Positions 37,618 to 49,610 are shown, counted from the whole stretch's first letter. The stretch: 63,859 nucleotides of DNA, filler included, from Octopus bimaculoides (GCF_001194135.2; 5 parts of 4 records of this genome joined end to end with filler, not necessarily neighbours in it); one strand, 5' to 3'. Numbers and translations: made by a program. Notes: a model not told the origin generated them from the letters alone.

Positions 37618-37953
37618 CAGTGGTTTTCAACCATATTTTGCCTATGGACCATTTGGTCCCTATTTTACTCTAGTCTATGTTTAAAAAAAAAAAATCCAAT
37701 TATATTCTTATTAGGAATTGTCTTAAAATATCGTTAATATAATTTGTGTATTTTGAGTATAGGCAAATAAGTACCAAGATTTAAAATAATGCATGCGCAG
37801 GCGTGGCTGTGTCATACGAAGTTTGCTTCCCGAACACAAGGTTCCGGGTTCAGTCCCATTGAGTCGCATCTTAGGCAAGTGTCTTCTGCTCTAGCCTCAC
37901 GCTGACCAAAGCATTGTAAGTTGATTTGTTAGACAGAAATTGAAAGAACCCCG

Positions 37954-38024
<71 letters not shown>

Positions 38025-38345
38025 TGTATGTGTGTGTGTGCATATATCTATGTGTGTACGTTTGTCCTTGTGTCTCTGCTTGTCCACCCCCCATCACTTG
38101 ACAACTGTTGTTGGTGTATTTACGTTCCCGTAACTTAACGGTAGAATAAGTACTAAGCTTAAGAAAATAAGTCCTGGGGTAGATTTGTTCGACTAAAACC
38201 CTTCAAGTCGGTGTCCCAGTATGGCCGCAGTTTGATGATTGAAACCAGCAAAAGGTATTGATAGAAGTGTAACCAGTTTATTGCGCATGAATTTTAACAG
38301 CAAACTATAATGTGAACCAATAAGGACCACGGTTGAGAAACACTG
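37618..38345 (+). mobile_element. hAT MITE with TIRs and 8-bp TSD
   Basis: TIRs CAGTGGTTTTCAACC and GGTTGAGAAACACTG; flanks CACTTGAC (37610-37617) and CACTAGAC (38346-38353), 7/8 identical. Confidence 0.88.
37796..38256 (+). mobile_element. SINE family A inserted inside the hAT MITE
   Basis: Complete head-microsatellite-tail structure lying between the MITE TIRs. Confidence 0.88.
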
Positions 38346-38969
38346 CACTAGACAGAACATCGCCTGCCCTACTTCGCGAAAGGTGGTGGTGCGGTGACCG
38401 ACAACAAAACGACGGCTACGATGACGATGGTGATTAAATTCATTAATATATAATTATTAATACGATGAAGATGGTAATGATGACATTATGAGTGATATGT
38501 AGCCAGTCTGGTTTTCATGGAAATAATTATGATGCATAATCTGGAATATGTACATAAAGCATAAAGAGACGAAGACTCGTATGCGAATATATATTCATTT
38601 ATGTATGCTTGAACATATATGTGTGCGTTCATCTGTGTACGTTAAGTGTGTATGTGTGTGTGTGTTTGTGTGTATGCATATATATATATGTATATATGCA
38701 CACATGTGTATGTGTGTGTGTGTGTGTGTGTATGCATATATATATATATATGTATATATGCACACATGTGTATGTGTGTGTGTGTGTGTATGCATATATA
38801 TATATATGTATATATGCACACATGTGTATGTGTGTGTGTGTATGCATATATATATATATGTATATATGNNNNNNNNNNNNNNNNNNNNNNNNNNNNNNNN
38901 NNNNNNNNNNNNTTAATTAATTAANNNNNNNNNNNNNNNNNNNNNNNNNNNNNNNNNNNNNNNNNNNNG

Positions 38970-39236
38970 AGCACTTCGCTCTCATGTGTCTATTCCCTGC
39001 TGAGGTTACCATGGTCTTTTCCGTAGGCTTTTCTCTCCATGGATAACCCTAATGTTACCCCATTTTACACAATTGACATTTTCTGTGATATACGATACCC
39101 CCTCTTTTTTTTTTCTTTTGCCCCTACCGATCCCTTTTGATCGGATTTTTCTTTTTTTTTCTTTCTTAAAGAAAAAAGCTCTACAGTTGTATTTGTCCCC
39201 TCTGTGTGCAGCCCTGTGTGGCCAATAAAAGAAAGT
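38970..39236 (+). mobile_element. LINE 3' UTR (probably Tx1-like) ending in AATAAA then (TATC)n
   Basis: Small stem-loop CCGATC-cctttt-GATCGG (39127-39144), AATAAA at 39224, then TATC/TGTC microsatellite to about 39356. Confidence 0.5.
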
Positions 39237-39280
39237 TATCTATCTATCTGTCTGTCTGTCTGTCTGTTTGTCTCTCGCTA

Positions 39281-39355
<75 letters not shown>

Positions 39356-41038
39356 ATACGCTCGTACATTTCTATATATATGACTATCCCAGTTCAGTCT
39401 ACTATATCCAGTTACACGGATTTGGTCTGCTTCGAGTTATAGCACAAAATACCTGCCCATGTTGCCACGCGGCGGAATTTGACACAACCATGTGATTGGC
39501 AAACAAATTTCCAGCCACACAATGACACACGCGTGTTTATGCATCCATGTATATACAAATCCATGCACACACAGGCAGATGTATCCGGTGTTGTCCATCA
39601 GATGGTTATGTAGAAATATAATTTTTTGCGAAATTTGCATAGATTATGCTTCCTAAATGTAAATCACATTTCAATATACATTTGAAATTGCAATGAAATT
39701 GCACGTCAGGAGTTGAATTGGTTCCTGATTTCTATAATACATAAGGATTTTGCGAGAATGTTTATTGAAAATTATAAATTTGTGACATGCTAAAATACTG
39801 CTTTATATTTTAGTTTATATATCTTTTTGTAGCTGCAAATGGTTACACTACGAGCAAAATAGAACACTTTCTAATGACAAGTTTTTTATTCAAAAAGTAC
39901 TCCATGGTCTTGGTTCTCTCGTTCGTGTTCTGATGAGAATATATTTGGTCAGCACAACGCCTTTGGAATGCAACATAGAATTCATCATGACAGAAAAATT
40001 GCTTTCATTTTCTGTTGTCCCTCGGGCTTCTACACATTGTGGAGAACAGTCGAACATCGACGCTTATATTTATATACAAATACACACACAGATGCAGACA
40101 CACAGATACACAGAAACACAGTCACACCCACAAATCTATATACATACAAAAGCACAGAAATATATATACACATACATATGTATATATATTTATATATCCG
40201 TATTTGTATATATCCTCGTTGCTCACCTATTCTTCTACTTCCTCCCTTTGTATCTCCCTCTACCACTCTCTCTCTTCCCCTTACACCGGCATGGTCACAT
40301 GCTTCCGGTCAATAATCCTTTTCTTCCTTGGCTATCGCCGAGCAAACACGCGAACTTACTTCGTCCCCACTTTCAAGTTCGTGCCTCACAGCGTTCATAC
40401 ACATAATTTTTCCCGTCTGGCCGTATAGCCTTTTCTGTTTGTTTTCCTGTCTTGTTTTTTGTCCGCCACTACATTCCTCCATGGTAAGGTTTAGTTTGTG
40501 TGTGTATACAAATTTAATTTGCGGTCCATGGGAAGAGCCGTTTTNNNNNNNNNNNNNNNNNNNNNNNNNNNNNNNNNNNNNNNNNNNNNNNNNNNNNNNN
40601 NNNNNNNNNNNNNNNNNNNNNNNNNNNNNNNNNNNNNNNNNNNNNNNNNNNNNNNNNNNNNNNNNNNNNNNNNNNNNNNNNNNNNNNNNNNNNNNNNNNN
40701 NNNNNNNNNNNNNNNNNNNNNNNNNNNNNNNNNNNNNNNNNNNNNNNNNNNNNNNNNNNNNNNNNNNNNNNNNNNNNNNNNNNNNNNNNNNNNNNNNNNN
40801 NNNNNNNNNNNNNNNNNNNNNNNNNNNNNNNNNNNNNNNNNNNNNNNNNNNNNNNNNNNNNNNNNNNNNNNNNNNNNNNNNNNNNNNNNNNNNNNNNNNN
40901 NNNNNNNNNNNNNNNNNNNNNNNNNNNNNNNNNNNNNNNNNNNNNNNNNNNNNNNNNNNNNNNNNNNNNNNNNNNNNNNNNNNNNNNNNNNNNNNNNNNN
41001 NNNNNNNNNNNNNNNNNNNNNNNNNNNNNNNNNNNNNN

Positions 41039-41071
<33 letters not shown>

Positions 41072-41126
41072 TATATACACACATTTACATACATACACAC
41101 AAAGTGACGCACTTTGGATATATATA

Positions 41127-41201
<75 letters not shown>

Positions 41202-42660
41202 CACAGATCTATTCAAATTTACGTACGAATGTGTGTGTGCGCGCGCGTGTATGCACATAACCATGACTTAGTTTGTCTATAAATAGGTAGGTTAATGGAT
41301 AATGCTTTAGTCTCCCTTGAAGTAAAATAATTATTTCCTTGACTGCTGACCTTTCGCTATAAAACCTTTGAACAACAGTTTTTCTTGTTTTTTCTTCTGT
41401 TAAGACAGTAGTATTTCTAAAAGCTATTAGGGACGTACATATTGTACATAATGTGAAATATCCACATCCGCGTATCGAAACTTTGTCAAAATTTAGGCTA
41501 TACACACACAATACACACACAAGAGACTCACCAATCATCAAAAAAGCCTGCGCGTATAACTGAACTTGCTCGAAATCGAAGCCGAATCTCTTTCAAAGCA
41601 CAGTCTCTGGTATTTATGAAAGGAAATACGTTATAGGAAATTGTAGATGTAGATATGCTCTACATGAAATAAAACCCAACGAAAATAATGAAAGACATGG
41701 TGGTGGTCAGAGCTGGAGTTCCTTTCATCGTAGATAAGATACCACAAGTCTCACCTGGACCTTAAAACTGGCAACACCGATTTCTAGCTGTTGTTATCTA
41801 CCCCAGATTAATTGTAATCAAGTGGCTATATGTTCAAAGGTAACTCACATGTGATCCACCCGCAATTTGTTCAGACGTAGCATTTTGGGCCTACACTATC
41901 CAATAAATCTTTTATTTTCCAAATCGGGGAGATTTGAATGAAATTTGGTTGCTCTGTCTAGCAAATTATACGAATGTGCAGAGATGTTCAAATCGGATTT
42001 CATAAAGGGTAACGAGGGGTAGATTAAGTAGCATGCCAACAAAACAGCTGTAGCGTTCAGTTACATGCTGTGACGATATGGATCTAAATAATACCCAAGT
42101 CCGACTTCTTTTTCTTCGCGAAAGCTGAAGAAAAATGTGCACTAATAGTATTCAAGGACAACTAAATTCGGATGCTCTATATCTGTTATGTGATGGTAGA
42201 GTTAAGGATTACACGGTCTAACACAACCACCAAATGGTCCATGTTTAGACAAGTCTACAATATTAGAAATATTCGGACCAAGGGCGAAGGTTGATGATGA
42301 TAAAATAGGAGACATACTTTCCCCAGTCTTGATGAACCAACAAACAGGGTCACAGTCTTTCCGCTACTGATTGTAAGTACGTCTCAAAAGTAACAAAAAA
42401 ATACACACATGAAGTTGACATGGGTGTAGGTATGGCTGTACCCTTAAGAAATTTGCTTTGCAAGGTGATGGTTCAGATTTTTTTCACTCCCACTGTATGA
42501 CATCTTGGGTAAATGTTGTCTTCCATAATCTCATGGTCGACCATTGCAAGTGAATTTAGTAGACAGAAACTGTATGGATTCATATGGTATATATAAATCA
42601 AAATAAGCAACACGGATTTTAAAGATGCAACACGGATTTTAAAGATGTATGTGTATATAT

Positions 42661-43580
42661 ATACATACAGTGTACATTTAAACACGAGAGAGATGTCCAT
42701 AATAGGACATCTAACCCGCTAGAAGGAGCCGTCAAACTCGAAACCACAATTGGGGATAATTTCGAAAGGGAATGAAACATAAAGACATTTACCATCTATT
42801 TCCTGAACCACGATTTCAAGCTGTTACAAAAACTGCCGATTTTCTTCCAGAAATTAGCCAAAAAATCATTATATCATTATTATTATTCGAAATTATCCCT
42901 AATTGTGGTTTGGAGTTTGACTGCTCTTTCTAGCGGGTTAGATGTCCTATTATGGACATCTCTCTTATGTGTTTAAATGTACACTGTATGTATTTATATG
43001 AATAATATATAGTCTATTGACTAGTTTTTTTCCTTCTCGCTAGACTACTGGTAGAAAAAGAATTTCTAAATTTTTTGCTACCCTGCGATTTATTAATAAT
43101 GAAATAATGATCTTTTGGCTAATTTCTGGAAGAAAATCGACAGTTTTTGTATTTGCTGCCGATAAGAAAACGCACATGCGCGGTAGATATGAAAAATTAT
43201 AACATATAAGCACGAGGCATGTTCCATGTATTGCCTCGTACTTATGTGTTAATCGTGGCTTTCCTGCTGATGGTAGCTAGCCTAGCAAATTATTTTATTT
43301 TGCTGAAAATAGCTTCAAACCATGGTTCAGGAAATACATGGTAAATGTTTTTATTTTTCATTCCCTTTCGAAATTATTCTTAATTATGGTTTGGTGTTTG
43401 ACTACTCCTTCTAGCGGGTTAGATATCCTATTATGGACATCTTTCTGATGTGTCTAAATGTACACTGTATGTATTTATATGAATAATATATAGTCTATTG
43501 ACTAGTTTTTTTCTTCTCGCTAGACCACTGGTAGAAAAAGAATTTCTAAATTTTTTTGCTACCCTGAGATTTATTAATAT
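42661..43580. repeat. 481-bp-period partial tandem repeat preceded by an inverted, internally deleted copy
   Basis: 42886-43100 repeats at 43367-43578; 42661-42870 is the reverse complement of 43367-43474, 43311-43366 and 43106-43150. Confidence 0.9.
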
Positions 43581-44114
43581 ATATNNNNNNNNNNNNNNNN
43601 NNNNNNNNNNNNNNNNNNNNNNNNNNNNNNNNNNNNNNNNNNNNNNNNNNNNNNNNNNNNNNNNNNNNNNNNNNNNNNNNNNNNNNNNATATATATACGA
43701 GTGAATATACAAAAGAAAGGGCACTCGGCATATTTATTGGGAGTTACATGTATTATTCGAAAGAGTTCGATTTGGATTCCGTGCTAATTCAAATGTTGTG
43801 AAAGCTCCTGGTGTATATACAACCAGAGGGAGGAAACAGGCCCGGTAAGAGTTTTACGAAACTTGAAGTAGCACAGAATCCGAATCAAACTTTTTCGAAC
43901 ACCGTAATTCTCTGTGGAGTTGTTTTGCATTTATAATAAAATAAATGTATACAAATTATAAAAATAATTTTAAAAATTATACAATACAGTACATTTATAC
44001 TTCGTGGATTTTCACCTATCTTTGGAGGTTTTAAACCGCAACACCCGCAATAGTAGAGGGATTATTCTAATATATATATATATATATTAAAAATGGGGAG
44101 GGTGGATTGATTAC

Positions 44115-44690
44115 CAGCAGACACAGAGCCGATAACACACGCCCACGGAAATACGCTGATCTTTCGGTAACTTCATTCAATCAACGTCTCTCCAACCGCA
44201 GGTCGTCCTTCAGACTTCCAGAAAGAAGATTTGCAACAACAATGGCCCAGCCATCTCTGGCAACTGAAAGACGATGGGCTTTCATACTCGATCTCATGTA
44301 ATACCCTCGAGAACCCAGGCCCCTACATCAACGGGACAACACGTTGTAAATTATGCATAGCTGAACGGGCGAGAATCCGAAAGGACTCCCTCGAGCCACG
44401 GCACATCCTTAACTCCAGAACGGAGATTTTGGGGCCAGGTTTACATTTCAGGAGGTTCCTGCTAGACTTTCGGAGCCCACAAGATGGCGGCACGGCTGGA
44501 AGACTGTAGCCTGTAGCCAAGAGAGTTAATCTGCATTGTCACCTTGGAGTAGTGAGGCATTTCCTCCCTCCTCCATATTTTTAAGAGGTCGTGGACCAAA
44601 AGGTTTTGGAATCTGACGATACGCCATAAAGCTAAACCCTATATGAACGGGAGACCTAAGGTAATCTCATAAACCGGCCTTCCCTATTTT
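44115..44690 (+). mobile_element. Penelope-like element GIY-YIG C-terminal remnant (Naiad/Nematis-like) plus 3' region
   Basis: TSFNQRLSN.RSSFR...SHLWQLKDDGLSYSI...TTRCKLCIAERARI...ILNSRTEILGPGLHFRRFLL resembles the CxLCxxEKxxI...LNKRSE...CRH..KF terminus of these PLE clades. Confidence 0.72.
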
Positions 44691-45709
44691 AAATATATAT
44701 ATATATATCTTAGAGGGTGTTTCTTCTTTCAGGTTTATGCTTTTTACAGACGATATTCATGTGTTTGTGTATGTGTGTGTGTGTGTGTGCGTGTGTGTGC
44801 ATGTATATAATTATCGCATATTTTCTGTAATGTATACGATGGCTATCATCAGAAAATTTGGTATACGTACAATAATTGTAATGTAACTCTTATCAAACGT
44901 GTTGCTTGTATAAATTGATAAAATGAATACTAATACAATTATCAAAAGCCAGAGAACAAAGAGGAATGAAACAACATAAATAAAAGAAAAACAAAGTTAC
45001 CCTCCGTAATGATATATTTTATGGAAATTCACACAGAAATTCACCCTCTCTTTCTCACTCACTTTAAAACAGTCCAGCGCGCGCACGTACAAGCACACAC
45101 ACACACATATATAAATATATATGTGTATATATATATATATATATATAGTCGTTTTCTTCCTCCACCTCTATGTTTATGATTCACTATCACTCTACATGTG
45201 TATGTGTGTGTGTAAGTGTGTAGCGTTGATTACACATTGCTTCCAACGAAGCCTTCCATGTGTACTTTCATACACCTCTCATGCTAACCTCTTTATTACT
45301 CTCTTGCTCTCTCTCTCTCTGTTGTTCGGATAATACTTCCTCTCTTCACACCTACCCACCTCCCTTCATCCACCCGCACACCGCACATTCCACTCTCACA
45401 TAGCCCACTCCTACCCCCACATCTTTCCCCAAACTCACTTCTCCACACCTCAACACCGCCACACCACACCACACACCACTACGCCTCCATACCACATCAC
45501 ACCACCTCACACCACACCGCACACACTAGCACTGACCACTTCCCAACACCCGCACCATCACCCACGCACCCACGCATTACAGACGCGCACACTTAGGCAT
45601 GCACACATCNNNNNNNNNNNNNNNNNNNNNNNNNNNNNNNNNNNNNNNNNNNNTTAATTAATTAANNNNNNNNNNNNNNNNNNNNNNNNNNNNNNNNNNN
45701 NNNNNNNNN

Positions 45710-45994
45710 GCTCAGATACCAGGAAACCCCAAAATGGCTGAAGTTCAAAAGATAGTGCTCATGGGAACTGCCCATATCCTACGTAAAATACTGTCTATGT
45801 GAGCTCAAATTTTAAAGCAAACACATAATTTTCTTATGGTTTCTTAAACATTCACTAGAACAAAACTGTACAAATCCAAATATATGGTACTCTAGGCATA
45901 ACACCTACATGAACTTCTAACTTGTTGTCTCTTGAGGTCTCTGGGTGAGACTTGGATCCAACTTGTACAAATGCAAGACAAAAGTCAAGCATAA

Positions 45995-45995
<1 letters not shown>
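45710..45995 (+). mobile_element. R4/Dong-clade LINE 3' end
   Basis: AQIPGNPKMAEVQKIVLMGTAHILRKILSM* (45710-45802) matches the QK.VL.GTA.ILR restriction-like endonuclease LINE terminus; the 3' UTR runs directly into (AAT)n. Confidence 0.8.
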
Positions 45996-46053
<58 letters not shown>

Positions 46054-46054
<1 letters not shown>

Positions 46055-46949
46055 TTTTGCCTCAAGGGCAGCTTGCGGGAGGGGATTAAGTGGATTACAT
46101 CGACCCCAGTACGTAACTGGTACTTATTTAATCGGCCCCAAAAGGATGTAAGGCGAAGTTGACCTCAGCAGAATTCGAACTCAAAACGTAGCGGCAGTGG
46201 CGGCTCGTAGATAAAATTAATTGGGGTACTGCTTCAGAAAAACTTTTAGTCGTTGTTTTAATATTGAGTAAAAGGAAAGAAACATATAAAAAGAAAATTT
46301 ATATATAAACTTGATCGGTTCGTGTTTTAGCCCCTGCCGGTAGTGTGTTTAATTCGTTCACTGATCACCGCCGCGAATTCCCCCTTGTTTTTCAAAAATC
46401 CCCCCCTAAATAACAAAATAAGGTGGAGAAATCTGCCCTTTTTTCAAATGGTGGCAGCAACACTGAAGCTGGAAGCAGGATAATAGCATAATTCAACACT
46501 TTATCACATTCAAGAATATAAACACGTTTTTAAGCTCAACACACGTGGAGTCAAAAAGAAACATTACCTTTCGTCCGGTACTGTCGTTCACGCAATGCTT
46601 TCTCTCCCTATTGTGAAGCTTCCTGTCTCGGATACGGGAGCATGCGCACAACAGTCAAACACCACGTTGCTGGAACTGTGATGCGCACACTTCTATACAA
46701 GGGTTTTTGTATTTATTTTTTCATAAACTAGGGAATGGCTGCTGACATTAAGCTTAAGGATTATATAATGTACAAGGATAAAGAAAGGATTAAAGAAAAA
46801 AAGGACTCATTATATTGAATGCTATTGATAACATCGAGCGGATATAGGAGGTGCTGCAGTTCCGCAGTTCCTATACACGAGCGGTATATAGTCTATATAC
46901 CGCTAAGCATTTCGCCCGGGGTGCTAACGATTCTGCCAGCTCGCTACCT

Positions 46950-46950
<1 letters not shown>
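46054..46950 (-). mobile_element. SINE family E split by a DNA transposon (body 46054-46194, head 46897-46950)
   Basis: The two halves join in register with the uninterrupted copy at 35130-35345; both outer ends abut (TAA)n. Confidence 0.75.
46195..46884. mobile_element. Non-autonomous DNA transposon (CAGTGGCGGCTCGT terminus, possibly hAT)
   Basis: Left end CAGTGGCGGCTCGTAGATAAAATTAATTGGGGTACTGC; imperfect inverted match GCAGTTCCGCAGTTCCTATACACGAGC at 46856-46882; interrupts a SINE. Confidence 0.55.
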
Positions 46951-47014
<64 letters not shown>

Positions 47015-47665
47015 CTTGATGATAATGATGATGATGATGATGATGATGATGATGCTGATGATAATAATAATTCTTTATTGGCCACCAAGGCCGAACACAA
47101 AACATAGACGACAATATACAGACGAGAGTCAAGCAGCTTTCTTTCTAAGAAGTGAATGTGTAATTTGAGAGGAGGGTTTGTCTACTATTTCTAGCGGAAT
47201 GAACGACCACGTAATAAATTCCTCATTAGCTTATGGTTGCTGTTGTGAGGGGTGGGGGCGACGGCGACGCCAGCGACGCCAGCAGTGGTGGAGGAAACGA
47301 GGGGGCGGAAGATGGTGTTGATGGAGAGGCATTGTTTGAGTTGATATTTTCTAGTTCCCATTCGAGAGAGAAACGTAGCGGAAGAGTTTCAGAGCAGAAG
47401 TGTTGAAGGAAGTGAAATGAACCCAATTCTAACGCCATCCTCAACCACAAACACCATCACCACCACCACCACCACCACCACCACAATGTTCTATTCTTTG
47501 GAGGTCCTCCCTCCCATTGCTACCGCCACCGTCTCAACGAGCATTTCGTCACTTCAACAACAATGACAATACGACTCTATTAATAGCAGCAGCAACAACA
47601 ACAACAACAACAGCAGCAGCAGAGTTCATTATATAACCAACAACATATACATTTATATATATATA

Positions 47666-47945
47666 CATGGCTCAGTGGTTAGAGCGTCGAGCTAACGATC
47701 GTGAGGTTGTGAGTTCGAATCCCGGACCGGGCTGCGCGTTGTGTTCTTGAGCAAGACACTTTATTTCACGTTGCTCCAGTTCACTCAGCTGTAGAAATGA
47801 GTTGCGACGTCACTGGTGCCAAGCTGTATCGTCCTTTGCCTTTCCCTTGAATAACACTGGTGGCGTGGAGAGGGGAAGCCGGTATGCATGGGCGACTGCT
47901 GGTCGTCCATAGAACAACCTTGCCCGGACTTGTCCCTGGGGGTCT
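47666..47945 (+). mobile_element. tRNA-derived SINE with CORE-like central domain
   Basis: A box TGGCTCAGTGG, B box GAGTTCGAATCC, then CTTGAGCAAGACACTTTATTTCAC...CTCAGCTGTAGAAATG resembling the MIR/CORE domain. Confidence 0.8.
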
Positions 47946-48029
47946 CAGCAGCTCATATATGCATATATACATATGTATATGTACATACTTAACAACTATA
48001 CGTATATATATTTACATATGTGTATGTGG

Positions 48030-48370
48030 GCATAGGACGTCATGAAACGTGTACAACAAAAAAATACGAAGTACGAGTACATGGAACATGGACTATTTTT
48101 TCGAACAACGAAAGACACAAATGGAAAACAAAACAAACAACATAAAGAACGACCCTTCATCAGTTGTTGGCTGCTTTTCTAGTCTCGTATTTCGAGCATT
48201 TAACAACAATATATGCTTTCGATAAAACAGTTGCTCCCGCAAAGCAAATTAAATAACAATTGGGATTTTGCGGAGGGTCAAAATTAGTAGCAGAAACAAG
48301 ACAGTGAAAACAAACAGGAAGAGCTGCTAAACCTAAACGAGGTTGTGGTAGCGAACGCGTAAATCAATCC
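48030..48370 (-). repeat. Dispersed repeat, probable PLE terminal-repeat family
   Basis: Homology to 10190-10375 and 19425-19680; minus strand carries CTGATGAAGG near 48155. Confidence 0.5.
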
Positions 48371-48457
48371 TGGACAGGAGACACAAGAACACGTCTTAAA
48401 CACATATATGTATATAATGCTTTTATGTGTGTGTGTGGGTGTGTCTGTATTGCCTGT

Positions 48458-48491
<34 letters not shown>

Positions 48492-49057
48492 TTTGTGACT
48501 GTGTTTGTTAGATAGCTTTGACAAGTGTGCTCCAGTTTTATAATTTCTGCTAAGGACATTTTCTATTTTCTCCTCATAGAATCCTCCTCACACACGCATA
48601 ACTTCGCAATTAATTATTTACCCATTATACACGACACAATGAATATATCATCGCACTGATAACATCAATTAACAACAAACCAAAAATATCCCCCACCCCA
48701 CCCCCCGATTGCAGAAAGAAAGAAAGAAAAAAATGTCAACCAATTTTCGAAAGTTCAGACATTGCAGTAATAACGTCACTATTAAAGAGAAACGCACCAA
48801 CAGTTTTTTCTCCACGGATATAACGAACGGCAGTAAAATACATCAACAGCAATCAATCAACAGTCACACATTTAACAAACAGCATAGGTACTGTATCACA
48901 GATGAATCCTCCGACACGCCACCACCACCACCAGACATATGCATATGCCACTAGGCGACATAAAAAAAATACTGTACCAATTATCCATCCGAAAAAAAAA
49001 TGGCAAACTTCATGGGAAACCAGGGTTAGATAACTCTCAAGCATTTGACAAACATAT

Positions 49058-49204
49058 GCACAGCCTGGCTGTGTGGTAAGTGGTTTGCTTCCCAACCACA
49101 AGGTTCCGGGTTCAGTCCCACTGCGTGGTACCCTGGATAAGTGTCCCTTGTGTGTGGATTTAGTAGACGAAAATTGGAAGAAACTTGTCAGATATATACG
49201 TGTG

Positions 49205-49239
<35 letters not shown>

Positions 49240-49610
49240 GTTTNNNNNNNNNNNNNNNNNNNNNNNNNNNNNNNNNNNNNNNNNNNNNNNNNNNNNNNNN
49301 NNNNNNNNNNNNNNNNNNNNNNNNNNNNNNNNNNNNNNNNNNNNNNNNNNNNNNNNNNNNNNNNNNNNNNNNNNNNNNNNNNNNNNNNNNNNNNNNNNNN
49401 NNNNNNNNNNNNNNNNNNNNNNNNNNNNNTTTGTTCTACTACCACTGCTTTGCTTACATCGGCGTAACTTAGTAGTTCGGCAAAAGAGACCGATAGGATA
49501 AATACCAGGCCTTAAAAAAAATGCTGGCTCGATTCGTTCGACTAAAAATTCTTCAAGTCAGTGCCCCAGCTTGGCCGCAGTCAAATGAGTGAAACAAGCA
49601 AAATATAGAA
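49058..49610 (+). mobile_element. SINE family A (gap at internal microsatellite)
   Basis: Head and tail align with 7731; CpGs retained. Confidence 0.85.

Larger units (their letters stand above)
37270..38395 (-). mobile_element. Tx1/L1-like LINE ORF2 C-terminus and 3' UTR, interrupted by a hAT MITE
   Basis: Removing 37618-38345 and one TSD copy restores FREVGQAMFCLVATAKETFWWTGLKG; it continues KFKFERKVRVERGVLHPSEFLKR and TEAKLVRVYGSPLRM in shifted frames. Tx1 clade call is from recalled C-terminal similarity. Confidence 0.7.

Noticed and set aside
42607-42646. 20-bp tandem duplication (similar short duplications near 5215-5250 and 23490-23565)
   Set aside because: Ordinary slippage duplications with no further structure.
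45330-45609. Extremely C/A-rich, G-poor tract
   Set aside because: Low-complexity sequence abutting a gap; may be degenerate (CAC)n or a poor-quality contig end, with no structure to support a function.
46567-46690. First exon of a minus-strand host gene
   Set aside because: It lies inside an insertion that splits a SINE, so it is better explained as transposon-internal; kept only as a promoter-like cassette finding.
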